A stretch of 36,903 bases of DNA, taken from a virus. Lineage: Duplodnaviria; Caudoviricetes. Positions 35,876 to 36,903 of the stretch are shown here, piece by piece. The notes beneath the pieces were generated by a model. That model was not told where the DNA came from and did no database searches. It was given only the letters and a program-made list of their open reading frames with translations. A program made the translations under genes and the position numbers. The DNA lies in the IMG/VR virus record IMGVR_UViG_3300028422_002004, positions 1-36,903 of that record; one strand, written 5' to 3'. Within the stretch, counting starts at the first letter, position 1. Every line of letters begins with the position of its first letter.

Positions 35876-36594
35876 AAACAAGTCAAGCAGGGATCAATTT
35901 GATCAAGTCTTTTGAAGGTTGCAGGTTAAAAGCTTATAAACCGGTATCAACAGAAAGATACTGGACCATTGGATATGGGCATTATGGGGCTGATGTTAAG
36001 CAAGGAATGACAATTACACAGGCACAGGCAGATTCTTTCCTTGTCTCTGATTTGAGTAAGTTTGAAGGCTATGTCAATGCTCTTGGCATACAGCTAAACC
36101 AGAATCAATTCGATGCGCTGGTATCATTTGCTTATAATTGCGGTGCAGGCAACTTAAGGTCTTTGTGTGCAAACAGAACACTTCCTCAGATTGCAGTAAA
36201 ATTACTTGCTTATAATAAAGCAGGGGGAAAGGTTTTATCTGGGCTGACCAGAAGGAGAAAAGAGGAGCAGAAGCTTTTTAATTCTCCTGTAAAACAGACA
36301 GTTTCAAAAGTTCCGGTAACAGGCAGCTTAGATTATAGCCTGGTATTCAATGCAACATTTTATGCTAACAAATATCCTGACTTAAAAAGGGCAAAAATAA
36401 CTACAGCAGATCAGCTTCTTAATCATTTTATTACTTATGGAATGAAGGAAGGCAGACAGGCTATTTCAACGTTCAACGTGTTGACATACAAAAATAATTA
36501 TCCTGACCTGAGAAAAGAATATAAAGATAACCTTCCAGCATACTATATACATTACATCACACATGGAAAAGCGGAAGGAAGAAAAGCTATATAA
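35872..36594 (+). CDS. Endolysin, GH24 lysozyme with two YPDL repeats
   Basis: LIKSFEGCRLKAY, WTIGYGH, NQNQFDALVSFAYNCG, GLTRRRKEE. Confidence 0.93.
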   Translation: MKTSQAGINLIKSFEGCRLKAYKPVSTERYWTIGYGHYGADVKQGMTITQAQADSFLVSDLSKFEGYVNALGIQLNQNQFDALVSFAYNCGAGNLRSLCANRTLPQIAVKLLAYNKAGGKVLSGLTRRRKEEQKLFNSPVKQTVSKVPVTGSLDYSLVFNATFYANKYPDLKRAKITTADQLLNHFITYGMKEGRQAISTFNVLTYKNNYPDLRKEYKDNLPAYYIHYITHGKAEGRKAI

Positions 36595-36600
36595 ATTTAA

Positions 36601-36649
36601 AGCCACTTTGCAAGGTTAAAATAATCAGGCAAGGTGGCTATTTTTATTT
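36601..36649 (+). terminator. Terminator after lysin
   Basis: AGCCACTTTGC / GCAAGGTGGCT + ATTTTTATTT. Confidence 0.75.
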
Positions 36650-36663
36650 GTAAGGAAACTTAT

Positions 36664-36903
36664 TTATTCAGATTCATGGATAAAGCGGTGTAGTATGCCG
36701 TCTTTGCTTGGAACGAAAGGTTTAGAATTATCATATGGATTCCCGTCCTGATCTATGTAGTGAAAATCACCGTTGCAAGGATCGCAGTATCTGCCCCAAG
36801 CTACAGCATCCGGAATACCATCTGAGAATGCAGCACATTTATTATAATTGCCGTCATTATATAAATTTTTACAGGTATCACATTTTGGCATACGAATCTT
36901 CAT
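36664..36903 (-). CDS. Small Cys-rich hypothetical protein (at window edge)
   Basis: CDTC...CAAFSDGIP...C; convergent with lysin. Confidence 0.65.
   Translation of the reverse strand: MKIRMPKCDTCKNLYNDGNYNKCAAFSDGIPDAVAWGRYCDPCNGDFHYIDQDGNPYDNSKPFVPSKDGILHRFIHESE

Larger units (their letters stand above)
116..36903. mobile_element. Temperate prophage, podovirus-like, tRNA-Pro-integrated; right end not seen
   Basis: Complete module order from integrase to lysis; no tape measure, sheath or tube gene recognised; giant ejection-type protein present. Confidence 0.93.

Noticed and set aside
3689-35886. Many minus-strand and nested ORFs (e.g. 5727-6251, 11901-12506, 34496-34750)
   Set aside because: Shadows of well-supported genes with no motifs; only the 34414 frame was kept.
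36595-36903. attR
   Set aside because: No copy of the tRNA 3' end seen; the prophage likely continues beyond the window.

Overview
Nearly the whole window is one temperate prophage of a low-GC Firmicute (Clostridia/Lachnospiraceae-like), integrated at a tRNA-Pro gene (116-190, unusual AGG anticodon). Gene order: tyrosine integrase, lysogeny switch (ImmA protease, CI, Cro, antirepressor), recombination/replication (DUF1351-like, ERF, SSB, initiator with iterons), small accessory genes, a second tyrosine recombinase, terminases, portal, Prp protease, scaffold, N4-gp56-type capsid, podovirus-type tail/ejection genes with a 2885-aa polyvalent protein, tail fibre genes, holins and a GH24 lysin. 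attR was not seen. Main findings: (1) an invertible tail-fibre tip (34080-34742) that swaps two in-frame C-termini and has no adjacent invertase; (2) the same 15-bp site type, TAAAYNNNAATTTAA, recurs as direct repeats at accessory-gene junctions upstream of the second recombinase, suggesting one enzyme may drive both an integron-like cassette array and the fibre switch; (3) three promoter+hairpin antisense sRNA units, one hidden inside the polyvalent protein gene. All calls are from motifs and gene order read by eye; no searches were run.
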